Positions 37,312 to 58,270 of a stretch of 64,000 nt of DNA are shown piece by piece. The notes beneath the pieces are model-generated. The model ran no database searches, had not been told where the DNA came from, and saw nothing but the letters and a program-made list of their open reading frames with translations. Position 1 is the stretch's first letter. Each line of letters opens with the position of its first letter. Location: contig CM074822.1 in NCBI GenBank assembly GCA_037447605.1, forward strand, positions 829,492 through 893,491, in the 5' to 3' direction. This DNA comes from Zygnema circumcarinatum SAG 698-1b (Eukaryota; Plantae; Zygnematophyceae). Both the position numbers and the translations under genes were made by a program.

Positions 37312-38048
37312 CCCGGCCTGAAGAAATTTGACATACCTGCTACATTATTGGCACCGTTGACATAGGCTCCCCAAGGCATGACGGCAGTAGGCACACGGCC
37401 AAGAAAATTCAACTTCACCGTGAATGGGTAAACCAGTCGACATTAACACAGAAAAGTACTCAGCAACTTTGAAAAACCTAATGAACAGCGGCGATCCGAC
37501 AGTCATCTGCGTGACAGCTTACCACAGCGGAATCTTCTATACGCCACTATCCTCTAAACTCTTGCTATACTATTTCTCGGGGGACTAAGACAGGCTGAGC
37601 CAACGACTATATGTACACGTACGTTCACACTGACAACCCATCTACCCTCTTCACATGTGTCGATAACATAAGAAGGAACCTAATGACACATATGACCGCT
37701 GTTCCCATACAGCCCTAGGGCCAAAACGGTACACCTGCACATCATGCAACGCAGGAACTCGCCGCGATTGCCTGCTAGTGGCCATCTCCTTTTCCCACAT
37801 CTCTATCCCTCTCCCTCTCCCTCACCATCTCCCTCTCTCTCGTTTCCCCCATTTTCACTAATGATCAAAGCATGGACTGCTCTTTCTGTCTGAGGAGATG
37901 AGAAAGAGTAAAGAGGAGTGCTGAGCACAACTTCTCCTCCTTCAAATTGCCAAAAGGTGGGTCGAGACGGATCTGAACTTACTCCCTTGGACCGCGTGAG
38001 GTGTATATACTATGAGGAGGGAAGCTGCTGCCATGCCTTGCTGTATCA

Positions 38049-41000
38049 TCATTTGTTGGAAACCATGGTTTCTGTTTCAGCGACAAATCCGTCACCTGTC
38101 CAGTCTTTATCCGATGTCAAGCCCACTTTGACGGACCTCCGGGCTTCAATAGCAGCCCGCTGCCGCTTCACGAGGTCCATGTGAGTAGTGAAGTATGGCA
38201 GGGACGCTCTGCAAGCAAAAGGAGGCACATATGTTCGGCTTTATTCTCTTGGGAGGGAGGGAGATGGGAGGAAGAGAGAGAGAGAGAGAAAGAGAGAGGG
38301 AGAGTGGGGAGGGAAGGGAGGGATAGGGAAGAGAGAGTAGGCGAGGGGAAGGGGAGGGAACGAGGGGGGGGAAGGGGATGGGAGAGATAGAGGGAAGGAG
38401 GGTGGGAGGGGGAGTGGGGAAATTGAGGAAGGGGGCACGGCAAAAACAACCAACAGAAAGAGAAGTATTTGTGCAATATCAAACTGATTCAATTCGACTG
38501 GACACTGGAAAAGAATGTTCAAATAGTTCAAAGAATTGTGATTTTCCAAGCGATTACCTACTTAAAGTTCACATGCTTCAGCTGTACTGTCCTCCTCTGC
38601 ATTTCTCTGCCATACGAGATTTTTGGGGTACCTAAAAGGGAGGTGCTAGAAATATAGACAGGCCTGCAACGTACCCCTTGAAATCGCTGATCGAAGAGAA
38701 GCCATGCTTATCCATGAAGCCCTGCAATTCCGCGCAGAGCTGCTTCACAAGCTCATATCCATGCAGCATCACTCCCGTGCAGACCTGCCCCCCCGAGGAG
38801 TCCGCATTCAAGGATGCTTCCGCACAAGATGCTACTCTTTGTACCATGCCAAAGGGCAGAACCTCATAGGTAGTGAGTGACGGCGATGATGGTTGTGAGG
38901 GTGATGGCGAAGAGGAGAGATGTGGCGAAGATGGTTCAGTGGCAGCTGTTAATTGGTCAGTCAGCACTCAACTGTAAACTGCCAACTGTCAGTGTCAGTT
39001 GTCAATTGGTCAATCAACACTCAACTGCCAATTGCCAGCTGTCAGCTGTCAGTGCCGGCTGTCAATATGTCAGTCAGCACTTATCTGCCACCATTCAGTG
39101 CTCAGCTGTCAATTGGTCAGTGCAGCTGTCAATGGGACGACTGAATTGTCTTCAGTTAAAAGGGGTCAACAGGCATTTTTCTCTACTCTGACTTGACATA
39201 ATCTCTCAACGATGAAGCATCATCCCTTCATAGCATCATTCTCAGGAGAGAGCTACATCAACATTGCTTTCAGGGTACATTATGGGACCTGCTTACCTGT
39301 ACTGTATCCGCTCCTAGTAGAAGAAATTCTGCAGCATCCCCCCCGCTCTCCACTCCGCCAATGCCTGATAGTGAGCGCTCTGAGTCAAATTCTGCCCTCA
39401 TCATGGTCGCAATTGCCATCACCTTCGCAAGTGCTATGGGACGCACTGCTTTGCTCGAGTATCCACCAGGAGTTGTATATCTGGAAGCCCATTTTTTCTC
39501 ATCTAGTCAAATATTGAAGCTACAATGCCAATGCCATTCATTGTATCTTCAAAACAAACAAAAAAGACTACTCTTGGACTGGTTCATGCAATGTTTCTTA
39601 AATGCCTCCTGCTGTTTTTTGGGTGAGCTGAACTAATTTGAAGGACGACCAAACTAGCAAATTCTTAAAAAACGCATTTAGAGGGGCTCAAATAATGCGG
39701 AGAAGAAGAAAGCACTTCGCTGTTTTATCCTCTACTAGAATGCAACAGATTTTCTAGACCACTCGTCGGCTCAGCTCCTTCGATGAATGGCACATGGAGC
39801 GAGTGCAGCGGAGTGGCGGAAAAACGACTAAAAGCGAAGAAAAAACTGAGTAAAAAAAAAGAAAACTGACCCCTCCACACAAGGCTCGGGCCGAAGTGTA
39901 TCCAAGTTGATGCCCATGACAGATGTGATTGTGTTGATTGCAGCTACTCCTTCACATCCAGAAGCAAGAGCTGTTCGAGCAGGCTGTCTCTCAGCAATAA
40001 CAAACAAAAACAGGCGATGATAAGCAGCATGTTTCGACCCTTGAATACTAAGTTGTCTACTTAGTCTTATTCTTAGTTCTTAGATTGTCTTGATTCTTTG
40101 TCTGGAGAAAGGGTACATGACATCTCAAGTGGCTCTTCCTCATCTTCGTTCAAGTAAAGGTTCTATGAGCACTTGAACAGGGAATGAAGAGATGCCTACG
40201 TAAGTGATGTCGGTAATGTTTGGAGTCATTTTGGCCCATACTGGCACTGTGGCAGCCCCGTTGATCCACCCGCAGACCTCTTCCAGCAGCTCACAGTCCT
40301 GACCCATAGCCATTCCCATTCGCCGCTCCGGCATTCCATGGGGGCACGAAAAGTTGATCTCAAGGGCATCCTGCAATCCGAGTCTTTCAGATCAAGGTCA
40401 ACTTGTTTACATATTGATACCAGCAATGTCGGAGCTCATTCTGCAAACCTGAGCTGCGTTGCAAGAGTCTTTATTTTCCAGGAAAGAGCTGGGAGAGTTT
40501 TGATAGAAGCGAATGGAATGCAGATATCGTTCCTGTGTTTCTCACATTGCAATATCTTGCATTCAACCCGAGTTCAGGGGGGACTCCGCTTCCCAAGAAA
40601 GATAAGACGCGATACTCCAAAACTGTCCATCATGCAACACTTACCACACCAACTTCTTCTACACGGCCGATGATCTCTTCCCACGCGTTGCGGTTGTACT
40701 CCTCCATTATGGAGCCAATGAGGATGCGATTCGGATACTCTTCCTTGAGCCGCTTCAGCTCCGCGAGCATAGTTTCGAATGGCCGATCGCTGATAAGTTC
40801 AATGTTCTGCCAGCCAATCACATCGCGGGAGTTTGGAGCTCGCATGCGTGCGTATCGCGGCGTGACATTAACGACCTTTGAGGAGTCGAGGGAGAGCTGC
40901 AAGAAGGACAGGCAAAGAGCAATTCAGAACTACCAAAAATCAGCGATTCTTCGGCTGAATAACACTTAATTCTCAGGATAGTTGTGGGACAGTCGAATGA

Positions 41001-41795
41001 TTACTAGGACCTCTTCGCTTCAAGTGAATTCAGACTGTTGAGACTCTTCAACATCACTCTCGGTCAGACTGGCTGAATGACTGAGTGTTTTTTTGGGACG
41101 CCTTGGAATGTATGGATAATAGCAGGGTCGGCGCAATGTCGATACCGAAATAAAGAGCTAAATAGCTCAGCAGTTGCCTGACTTTCACCTGTGAAGCCGT
41201 TGAATTGAATGTCACTTTATTTCAGGTCCCTCCCTCCCTCCCTCCCTCCCTCCCTCCCTCCCTCCCTTCCTTTAACCGCACAAGAGCAGTCAAATTCTAC
41301 CAGCTTCAAGCAATTTGCATTTGATAGCGAGAAAAATCCAGCCATCCAGTCATCCAGTCAGCCATTACTTCCAGAGTTCCAGAGCAGCTCCAAGAGCAGC
41401 CCTTCCCCTCTTACCGTCTTGCAAATGACGCCTCCCCAGCCCTGATCAAACGCCTTCTTCATGACGGCGTAGTTGGTGCCGGGCGGGCCCGACCCAATCA
41501 CGAAGGGATTGGGCATCTCCAACCCGTTCACAACTGTTGCCAGCGAGGGCCCCTCTACGACGGCCCCATCCACCAAGGAAGGGTAGGAAGGGCCGCCATT
41601 GGCCGAAGCCTGCACTATGGGCACAGCAGAGCGGCTCCGCGCACACCTGCGGAGAGAGAGAGAGGCGAGAGAGAGCCTCTGTGAGCAGCGCGCCTCCCTC
41701 TTGAGACCGGTAAAGGAAGGGAGGCGGTCGGGAAGGGAGGGCTCATGGAGGAAGGCTGCGTTGGTGAGGGGCGAGAGGGAGGAAGAAGAAGCCAT
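38049..41795 (-). CDS. PYD1: Dihydropyrimidine dehydrogenase, plant plastid-type
   Basis: Transit peptide, then NPFVIGSGPPGTNY, VTPRYA..IGWQNIELISDRP, DALEINFSCPHGMPERRMG, AKMTPNITDIT, AINTITSVMGINLDTLRPEPCVEGYSTPGGYS, SGIGGVESGGDAAEFLLLGA, VQVCTGVMLHGY and last exon ..TETMVSNK*. Confidence 0.95.
38944..39140. repeat. Degenerate ~55-bp tandem repeat rich in CAGCTG/CAATTG hexamers, in a PYD1 intron
   Basis: Three to four copies of cagctgtcaattggtcagtcagcactcaactg-like units. Confidence 0.6.
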
Positions 41796-43037
41796 GGCAG
41801 CAGGAAGCTACAAAGCTTGCAGGGACTTGGGCCAGGAGGGAGGGAGGGGGGCTGGGCAGAAGACGCAGGGAAAAACCAGAAACCAGAAACCAGAAACCAG
41901 AAACTGAGTTTTTTCAGACCACGGTGCGCCTTTTTCCAAATTTCGAGGGCGAATCTCGCATTTCATTGGTTGAAAGTTTGAACCTAATTAAAATTTCGTG
42001 ATATTCTACCTTTCGAGTGATGAAGTCAACAGAGTAGATCCAGACTTCCACATGTGTGGAAGTTGAACTCGCGTGCGGATCAACGCTGCTGTCACGTGGG
42101 TTTCGCTTTTGTCCACGTGGACTGTACAAAGTGCAGATACTTTCTTTGTTTTGGCCAATGGGAATTGTACACGTTTTCAGAATGCTTTATGACAGTCGCT
42201 GTCAGCAATGAAAAGTTCTTTTGGAACTGCATTTTCATAGAGATTCCCTCCTTTTGTACAAACTGAGTTGCAAACTACAACCACAACTTTACTGTAACTT
42301 CACCTGCGACTTTATGCATAGAACTTGTTGGGACATTGGGCATGGAAAGCATATAGAAGTAAAGTTTCCCCGTTAAACTGTACCTGGCACGTGTTTCGCG
42401 TTGTTATAAGGCAACAGACGGAAACGGGTGTGCTTCAATCCGCTGAAATTCACCTACGTACTTTAGTATATCACTTCATCGCTTTTTTCGCTGTGCACAA
42501 AAGGTTTAAATTCCACGAATGTAAACATGCCACGTGTCCCATAGTGCATAAGTGGCCTGTCGCTGTTGCCCTGCGCCTCTCCCTCACTCCCTCCCTCCCT
42601 CCCTCCCTCCCTCCCCCTCTCCTCCCTCCCTCCCTCCCCTCCCTCCCTCCCTCCCTCCCTCCCTCCCTCCCCCCTCTCCTCCCTCCTCCCTCCCCCTCCT
42701 CCCTCCCTCCTCCCTCCCTCCCTCCCTCCCTCCTCCCTCCCTCCTCCCTCCCTCCCTCCCTCCCCACCGTACAAGTAATATTCGAAGCATTCATGGCGCA
42801 AGCAGCCGCAGGTACAGCCTCTTTTCTCCATCACAACACGAAATATGTTCATCTCCCACTGGGTTGTTTATGTTTCTTCATGTTCTACTCACGTACGTTT
42901 TAAGCAGGAAGAAGAATGCATGAGACATTCAATTCCCTGCATTCGGCTCTAAGTCGGGGTGGCCTTCATGCTTTGCAAGGAAACCTCCGCCATGGCTTCT
43001 GGTCATTGGGTCTTTTTCTGACCGCGTATTATGGAAC

Positions 43038-46882
<3,845 letters not shown>

Positions 46883-48077
46883 GGCGGGTTTAAAATATTT
46901 TAAAGGTTTTTGGGATTTTTAGGGTTTAAGGGTGTTTTAGGGTCTTTACGATGCTTCCAAAGGTGACGATAAGGATAAGGGCAAGGATTAGGTTTCCTTT
47001 GGCTAGAATTTAGGGTTCGGAGGGGGGTGCTTGTATCAGCCATGGTTAGGGTTACAGCTTAATCCACTTGCATGGTCGGATATCTCCAAGTCTCAGCTCC
47101 TTTTGAGGGGGGTTCAACTCTTCTGAGCTCGAGGTCTTAGTCAGAATTTTTTTTTTTTTTTTTCCTTTTTTCCTTTTCTTTTCAATATCGTGAACATTGT
47201 GGTTCCAACACCGGGGAGTTCGTCCTGATTGGCTCGATTCCATCAAAATGTGAAATGTGACATTCCCGTGACATGTTACATCTCTGTTGGACGCCACCTC
47301 TCTCCCTCTCCCTCTCCCTCTCCCTCTCGCCCTCCCTCTCCCTCTCCCCCTCCCTCTCCCTCCTCCCTCCTCCCTCCTCCCTCCCTATTCCCGCTAACCC
47401 CCCCACTACGTCAAGGGTTCTATGTGAATGTGCCAAAGCATTTTGAGTCATCCTCGCCGAATTTGAAGGTAGAAGTCGGACTTCGAGTGGCAGCAAGACC
47501 AAGACCTGTGTGGAGCAGTTTAGGACGAAAAGGTAAAGCTCCAATCTTGATGTTTTATATGTATGTACTAATCGCTAAATTCTCCAGATAGTTAGCAATC
47601 TAGCATACATTCGAAAGTGTTAAATTTCATGACTTTTTAAGCTGTCCATTTCATTTCCTCTTCTTTGTCTTCGTGGTCTAATGTCTTTTTGCTACGATTC
47701 AATTCAATTTTTTCAAATACAATGGATGCAGCTTCCTTCTCCAACCCTCTGATCTAATGTTGGTCATAATATGTGAACTTTCCTCGCTGTTTTGCATCCT
47801 TTCAAACATCATTTCACTTTTTTCCTTATCAGGGCAGTTGAGGAACACGAAAGCGGAGGGCGGAGGCAGCTTCAAGCCTTCCTAGCTTTAAAGAACCGCA
47901 TTTGGCCCCATTTTGGCAATATCAAAGGGCACACGAATGACCAAGAACTTATAATTCAGCTATATTGTATCGCTCCCTTTGTCTCTCACAATTGAGTCTT
48001 CATGAATCATCGGCTCACCTTCCATAGAGCGATTTCTAGACCCTCCACCTTAAAGCTATATTTATCAGACTGTGTGT

Positions 48078-48111
<34 letters not shown>

Positions 48112-48334
48112 GGGTGGGTCTCTCCCTCTAGAAAAGCTACTACGTCTACGTATCTAACTACATAGTTTATATTCACAGTATACGGCAACTTTCTCTTCTT
48201 TCCCCTCCCTCTGCTCAATGCCCACCTCCATCGCTATCCTTGCCTTGCCTTTATTCCCTTCATCCCCACATCACTACACTGAAGTTCTCTTCACTTACAA
48301 GAGGGAACCCTAAAAGGAGAAACCCTAAAAAGCA

Positions 48335-53513
<5,179 letters not shown>

Positions 53514-53763
53514 GGCTGCTTCCTCTCTCTTCCTCCTCCCCTCCTCTCCTCACCTCTTCCTCCTCCTCACCTCTCCCTCCCCTCCTTTTCCCCTCCTTCC
53601 TCTCTTCTCCCTCTTCTCCCTCTCCTCCTTCACCTCTCCCTTCCTCTCCTTCTCCTCACCTCTTCTCCTCTCTTCCTCTCCTCTTTCCCGAGGATGGGAC
53701 TCCTGCGAAAGCCGACGGGGTGAAGGAGAGAGAGAGAGCGAGAGAGAACGAGAGCGAGAGGGG

Positions 53764-53795
<32 letters not shown>

Positions 53796-54297
53796 AAGAG
53801 CGAGAGAGGGAGCGAGGGAGCGAGAGAGCGAGAGGGAGAGAGCGCGCGAGAGAGATGGAGAGCGAGTGAACGAGCGAGGGCACGCACCTGTGGACCTGAC
53901 GCGAGGGCGAGCTAACCGCTGCCATTAGCCAGTCAATCTCGGCCTGCCACGTCAGTGACAGTGTCCAGGTGGTGTCCTCTGATTGGATGACCCCTCATTT
54001 CTCCAGAAAAAAAAAAAAAAAAACCGCCCTGAGGCGTTCTGTGGAGCTCTCCCTCCCTCCGCGGGCGGACGCCGCGACGCGATTGGACGGACGGGTCACG
54101 TGGGAGCTCAACTCGTTCGTCGCCGTCGGATCTTAAATATCCACGGCTCGTCTTTGTCCGTCGCTGTGACAGTGTACGGAGAACGGGAACACAAAAATCT
54201 TGTCGGCTTGTCGGAAAGTCACTTTCCCGTACATTCGTACCTGCACAGCCGTACATTTCAAAGTACTGTATGGATAATGTCCCCACAGTATTTCCAT

Positions 54298-55981
54298 GGG
54301 TAGTGGTCCACCCCTTTTTTGGATCCAAACACCCCTTCCCGGCCGGGCAGATTTCAAAAAGGATTAAAAACGGAAAATGCTTTTTTCACACCTTTTTGGA
54401 ATCGATACCCACCCTCCATCGGCAGATTTTTTCTTTGCGAAACAAGGAAAATGATAACCCGTCACCCCATTTTGAATATCCCGCCTACCTGAATTTTTTT
54501 TCACGCGTGCGGTCAATCGCAGCCGTCGATTCCCTCGCAGATCGCAAACGGCAGATCACTATTTGATCGGCAGCCGGGCTCGGTCACAGCGCATGGCAAG
54601 TGCCCACGTATCCCGCCAAAGTCCTCTCAAACGTTTCTCCGTACAAATGTCGTACGGTCGCAACTTGAGGAACCCAAAATTTCGTACATTGAGATCTTCG
54701 ACCAATCAAAATTTTCCACGTCAAAATTGTAACACGTGGCAGATGTTGATTGGCTGGGAGCTAACAATATGCAAGATCTCGGGCCGAAGGACGCGCGCAC
54801 TCGCAGGTGCGATTTGGCTTTGACGGGACTCGTGGGCGCTTTCCATTCGCTAAGATCGAGCCCGGCTGCAGATCGAACGGTGATCTGCAGTGGTGTGATC
54901 TGCGAGGGAAATCGACAGCTGCGATTGACACACACGTGTAAAGGACGGACACCCGCGAACGATCTCGTGGCGGACGGATCTTCCGCTCCGAGCGGATTCG
55001 GGCAGGCAGATATTTCTTTCCCTCAAAAAAATAATTCAGGGAGGCGGGATACAGTATTCAAAATGCGGTGACGGGGTATCATTTTCCTTGGTTAGCAAAA
55101 ATAAAATCATCCGACGGAAGAAGGTGGGTATCGNNNNNNNNNNCGATACCCACCTTCTTCCGTCGGATGATTTTATTTTTGCTAACCAAGGAAAATGATA
55201 CCCCGTCACCGCATTTTGAATACTGTATCCCGCCTCCCTGAATTATTTTTTTGAGGGAAAGAAATATCTGCCTGCCCGAATCCGCTCGGAGCGGAAGATC
55301 CGTCCGCCACGAGATCGTTCGCGGGTGTCCGTCCTTTACACGTGTGTGTCAATCGCAGCTGTCGATTTCCCTCGCAGATCACACCACTGCAGATCACCGT
55401 TCGATCTGCAGCCGGGCTCGATCTTAGCGAATGGAAAGCGCCCACGAGTCCCGTCAAAGCCAAATCGCACCTGCGAGTGCGCGCGTCCTTCGGCCCGAGA
55501 TCTTGCATATTGTTAGCTCCCAGCCAATCAACATCTGCCACGTGTTACAATTTTGACGTGGAAAATTTTGATTGGTCGAAGATCTCAATGTACGAAATTT
55601 TGGGTTCCTCAAGTTGCGACCGTACGACATTTGTACGGAGAAACGTTTGAGAGGACTTTGGCGGGATACGTGGGCACTTGCCATGCGCTGTGACCGAGCC
55701 CGGCTGCCGATCAAATAGTGATCTGCCGTTTGCGATCTGCGAGGGAATCGACGGCTGCGATTGACCGCACGCGTGAAAAAAAACTCAGGTAGGCGGGATA
55801 TTCAAATGGATCGACGGGTTATCATTTTCCTTGTTTCGCAGAAATAAAATCTGCTGATGGAGGGTGGTATCGATTCCAAAAAGGTGTGAAAAAAGCATTT
55901 TCCGTTTTTAATCCTTTTTGAAATCTGCCCGGCCGGGAAGGGGTGTTTGGATCCAAAAAAGGGGTGGAAATATCACTACCC
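54298..55981. mobile_element. Long inverted-repeat (foldback-like) structure centred on an N gap
   Basis: Outer arms 54298-54493 and 55784-55981 are diverged inverted repeats ending GGGTAGTG/CACTACCC. Inner 54494-55133 and 55144-55783 look identical in reverse complement. Each half has its own internal inverted repeat (54403-54560 vs 54880-55133). Confidence 0.7.
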
Positions 55982-56060
55982 TTTGCAATTTACCGTTGGG
56001 TTTCCACTTGCGCACCGACAAATCGAGCGACCTGGTCGGTCGGTCCTCGTGGTTCTCAGT

Positions 56061-56778
56061 CCAAACGATTTGGAAAATGATACTTCGCCCCCCTTTTTTG
56101 GTTGTCCCGCCCCATTTTTTTTGAAATCCCGCCCTCACATTTTGGCTATTCCGCCCTCTGTTTTGGATATCCCGCCCTTCCCATTTTGGATATTCACCCC
56201 CCTGTTTTCTCCTTCTCACACATCAGCGCAACGTCCGTAGAGACATTCGCAGAGAGAGAGCAGAGCAGAGGTGAGAGTGCAGAGAGAGAGAGCAGAGCGA
56301 GAGAAAGAGAGCAGAGGAGAGAGAGCAGAGGAGAGAGAGAGTAGAGGAGAGAGGGAGCAGAGGAGAGGGAGCAGAGAGAGAGAAAGAGAGCAGAGGAGAG
56401 AGAGCAGAGGAGAGAGAGTAGAGGAGAGAGGGAGCAGAGGAGAGGGAGCAGAGAGAGAGAAAGAGAGCAGAGGAGAGAGAGCAGAGGAGAGAGGGAGCAT
56501 AGGAGAGAGAGAGAGAGAGAGCAGAGGAGAGACTAGTGGAGAGAGAGCAGAGGAGAGAAAGCAGAGGAGAGAGAGACTAGAGGAGAGAGAGAGAGAGAGC
56601 AGACGAGAGACTAGTGGAGAGAGAGCAGAGGAGAGAGAGCAGAGGCGCGTTATCTCCTCCCGACGTATCCAAAATGGGTGGAAAGGGGGGGGGGGAATAG
56701 CCAAAATAGGAGGGCGGGAACTCAAAAAAATGGGCGGGATAACCCAAAGGGGGGGGAGTATCATTTCCAACGATTTGG
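56061..56778. mobile_element. TIR element with ~130-bp imperfect arms enclosing a GAGCAGAGGAGA minisatellite
   Basis: ccaaacgatttggaaaatgatact..(tcccgccc..ttttgga)n on the left is mirrored by 56655-56778. Minisatellite at about 56250-56645. Confidence 0.7.
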
Positions 56779-56816
56779 CAATTTCAAATTTTCACAGGTC
56801 GGACCAACCGTTCCGT

Positions 56817-56972
56817 CAACCATTGGTTGCAATGGTTGCGAACAATTGCCGTCAGACCGAAACAACCATTGCCAATGGTTGGGAGCCATTGGGATCCAAT
56901 GGTTGCCAACCATTGCTGATGGTTCTGAAACCATTGGTTGCAATGGTCGCGGCTAAAGTACTCCCCATTGGG
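56817..56972. repeat. Dispersed copy of the CCAWTGG palindromic satellite, inverted relative to 813-960
   Basis: gccgtcagaccgaaacaaccattgccaatggttg resembles the reverse complement of about 870-905. Confidence 0.75.
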
Positions 56973-57959
56973 AAATTTTGCTTTCGCAGTGACTTCTGGT
57001 TTGGATCGTTTTGGTTTTAAGTGACTCATGCTTTAAGTTTTAGTCGACTAATCTGCCACCTCGATCCTGAACCCTTCCCCCTCTCTCACCTTCGGCCGCA
57101 GCTATCCTCCTCCTTAAACCCCACTATCTCCGGATCTTTTTAGGGTTTCTTAGGACTTCTTTCCCTCTCTCCCTCCCTCTCTCCCTCCATCCCTCCCTCT
57201 CTCCCTCTCCCTTTATCTTTACCTCTCCCACCCACTCCACTATCACCCCACCTGCAGGCTTTCATTTCTCCCTCTCCTCCTTGCCGTCATAAAACGTTTC
57301 TCTGCTGCTAAGGCCCTGAACCCCAAACCCTAAAACTCGAAACCCAGAAACCAGAAACGCCTAAAACCCACAAACTAAAACCCTCAAAACCCTAAAAAAA
57401 TGAAAACCTTCAAAGCCTTTCAACCCTAGCAATCCTCCGACCTGCCAATCGAATACTGGAAAACCTTCAACTAAAATTTAAGCATCACCTTTCTAGGAAG
57501 GCTGACTTGAAAAAGAAAGAAAACTAGGCATCTCAAATTCGAGGACCTAGTTTGAAAAAAGGTACTAACCAGTTTATTTCAGTTTATTTTTAAGTGGAGA
57601 ACGAAAAAAACCACTTACAAGCATTACAAATTTGCATCGTAAATAAAAACTTGCTCCATGTCTCTTGTTCATAACCACCCACTTTCCGTACATTGCCCCA
57701 CGGCTCCAAGACCAGGCTGTGCCCCTATTCACAGCGATCTCCGTTCAGTCCACAGCACAAACCCTAAACCCTAAACCCTCCTATCCACCCTACGCATGAC
57801 CCTAGAGACTCCATAGGACTGCTCTATACCCAGACTAACTAAAAACGGAGGTCCAACCACGCTTTTTCTTTTTCAACAAATTTAACCTTTATTGTCATAC
57901 CAAATCAGAATTTATTCGGCACCGCCAAAGCAACTTGGTGAGATTTTTATTTGATAATC

Positions 57960-58184
57960 TTACTCCCCTCGAGGCCCCCATCCGCCATTCTTCGCGGGCT
58001 GATAGAGCCATGAATTGGCCAACCCTCCTCCCTCGCAGGGGGAGCAGAGCTCTCTCCCTCTCCCTCCGCATGCAGGACACTTGAGCAGCTTCTCGCCGGT
58101 GAAAACTCCGCCTGTTTAGTTTCCATGCATGCCTCGATACTGATCTCAGTTCGGCATCACGGAAACATATCATATATATATATG

Positions 58185-58270
<86 letters not shown>

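Noticed and set aside
54563-55714. Mirror-image ORFs of 111, 102, 86 and 63 aa
   Set aside because: They are by-products of the inverted repeat, with no recognisable domain or transposase motif.
54301-55978. CACTA/TAGTG motifs suggesting a CACTA transposon
   Set aside because: The motifs face the wrong way (TAGTG on the left, CACTA on the right), and there is no matching partner or 3-bp TSD.
57318-57779. Interstitial telomere-like CCCTAAA/AAACCAG repeats (also 6455-6500, 41873-41900, 46910-47050)
   Set aside because: They are short, degenerate and scattered through introns and UTRs, consistent with background teloboxes rather than a chromosome-fusion scar.
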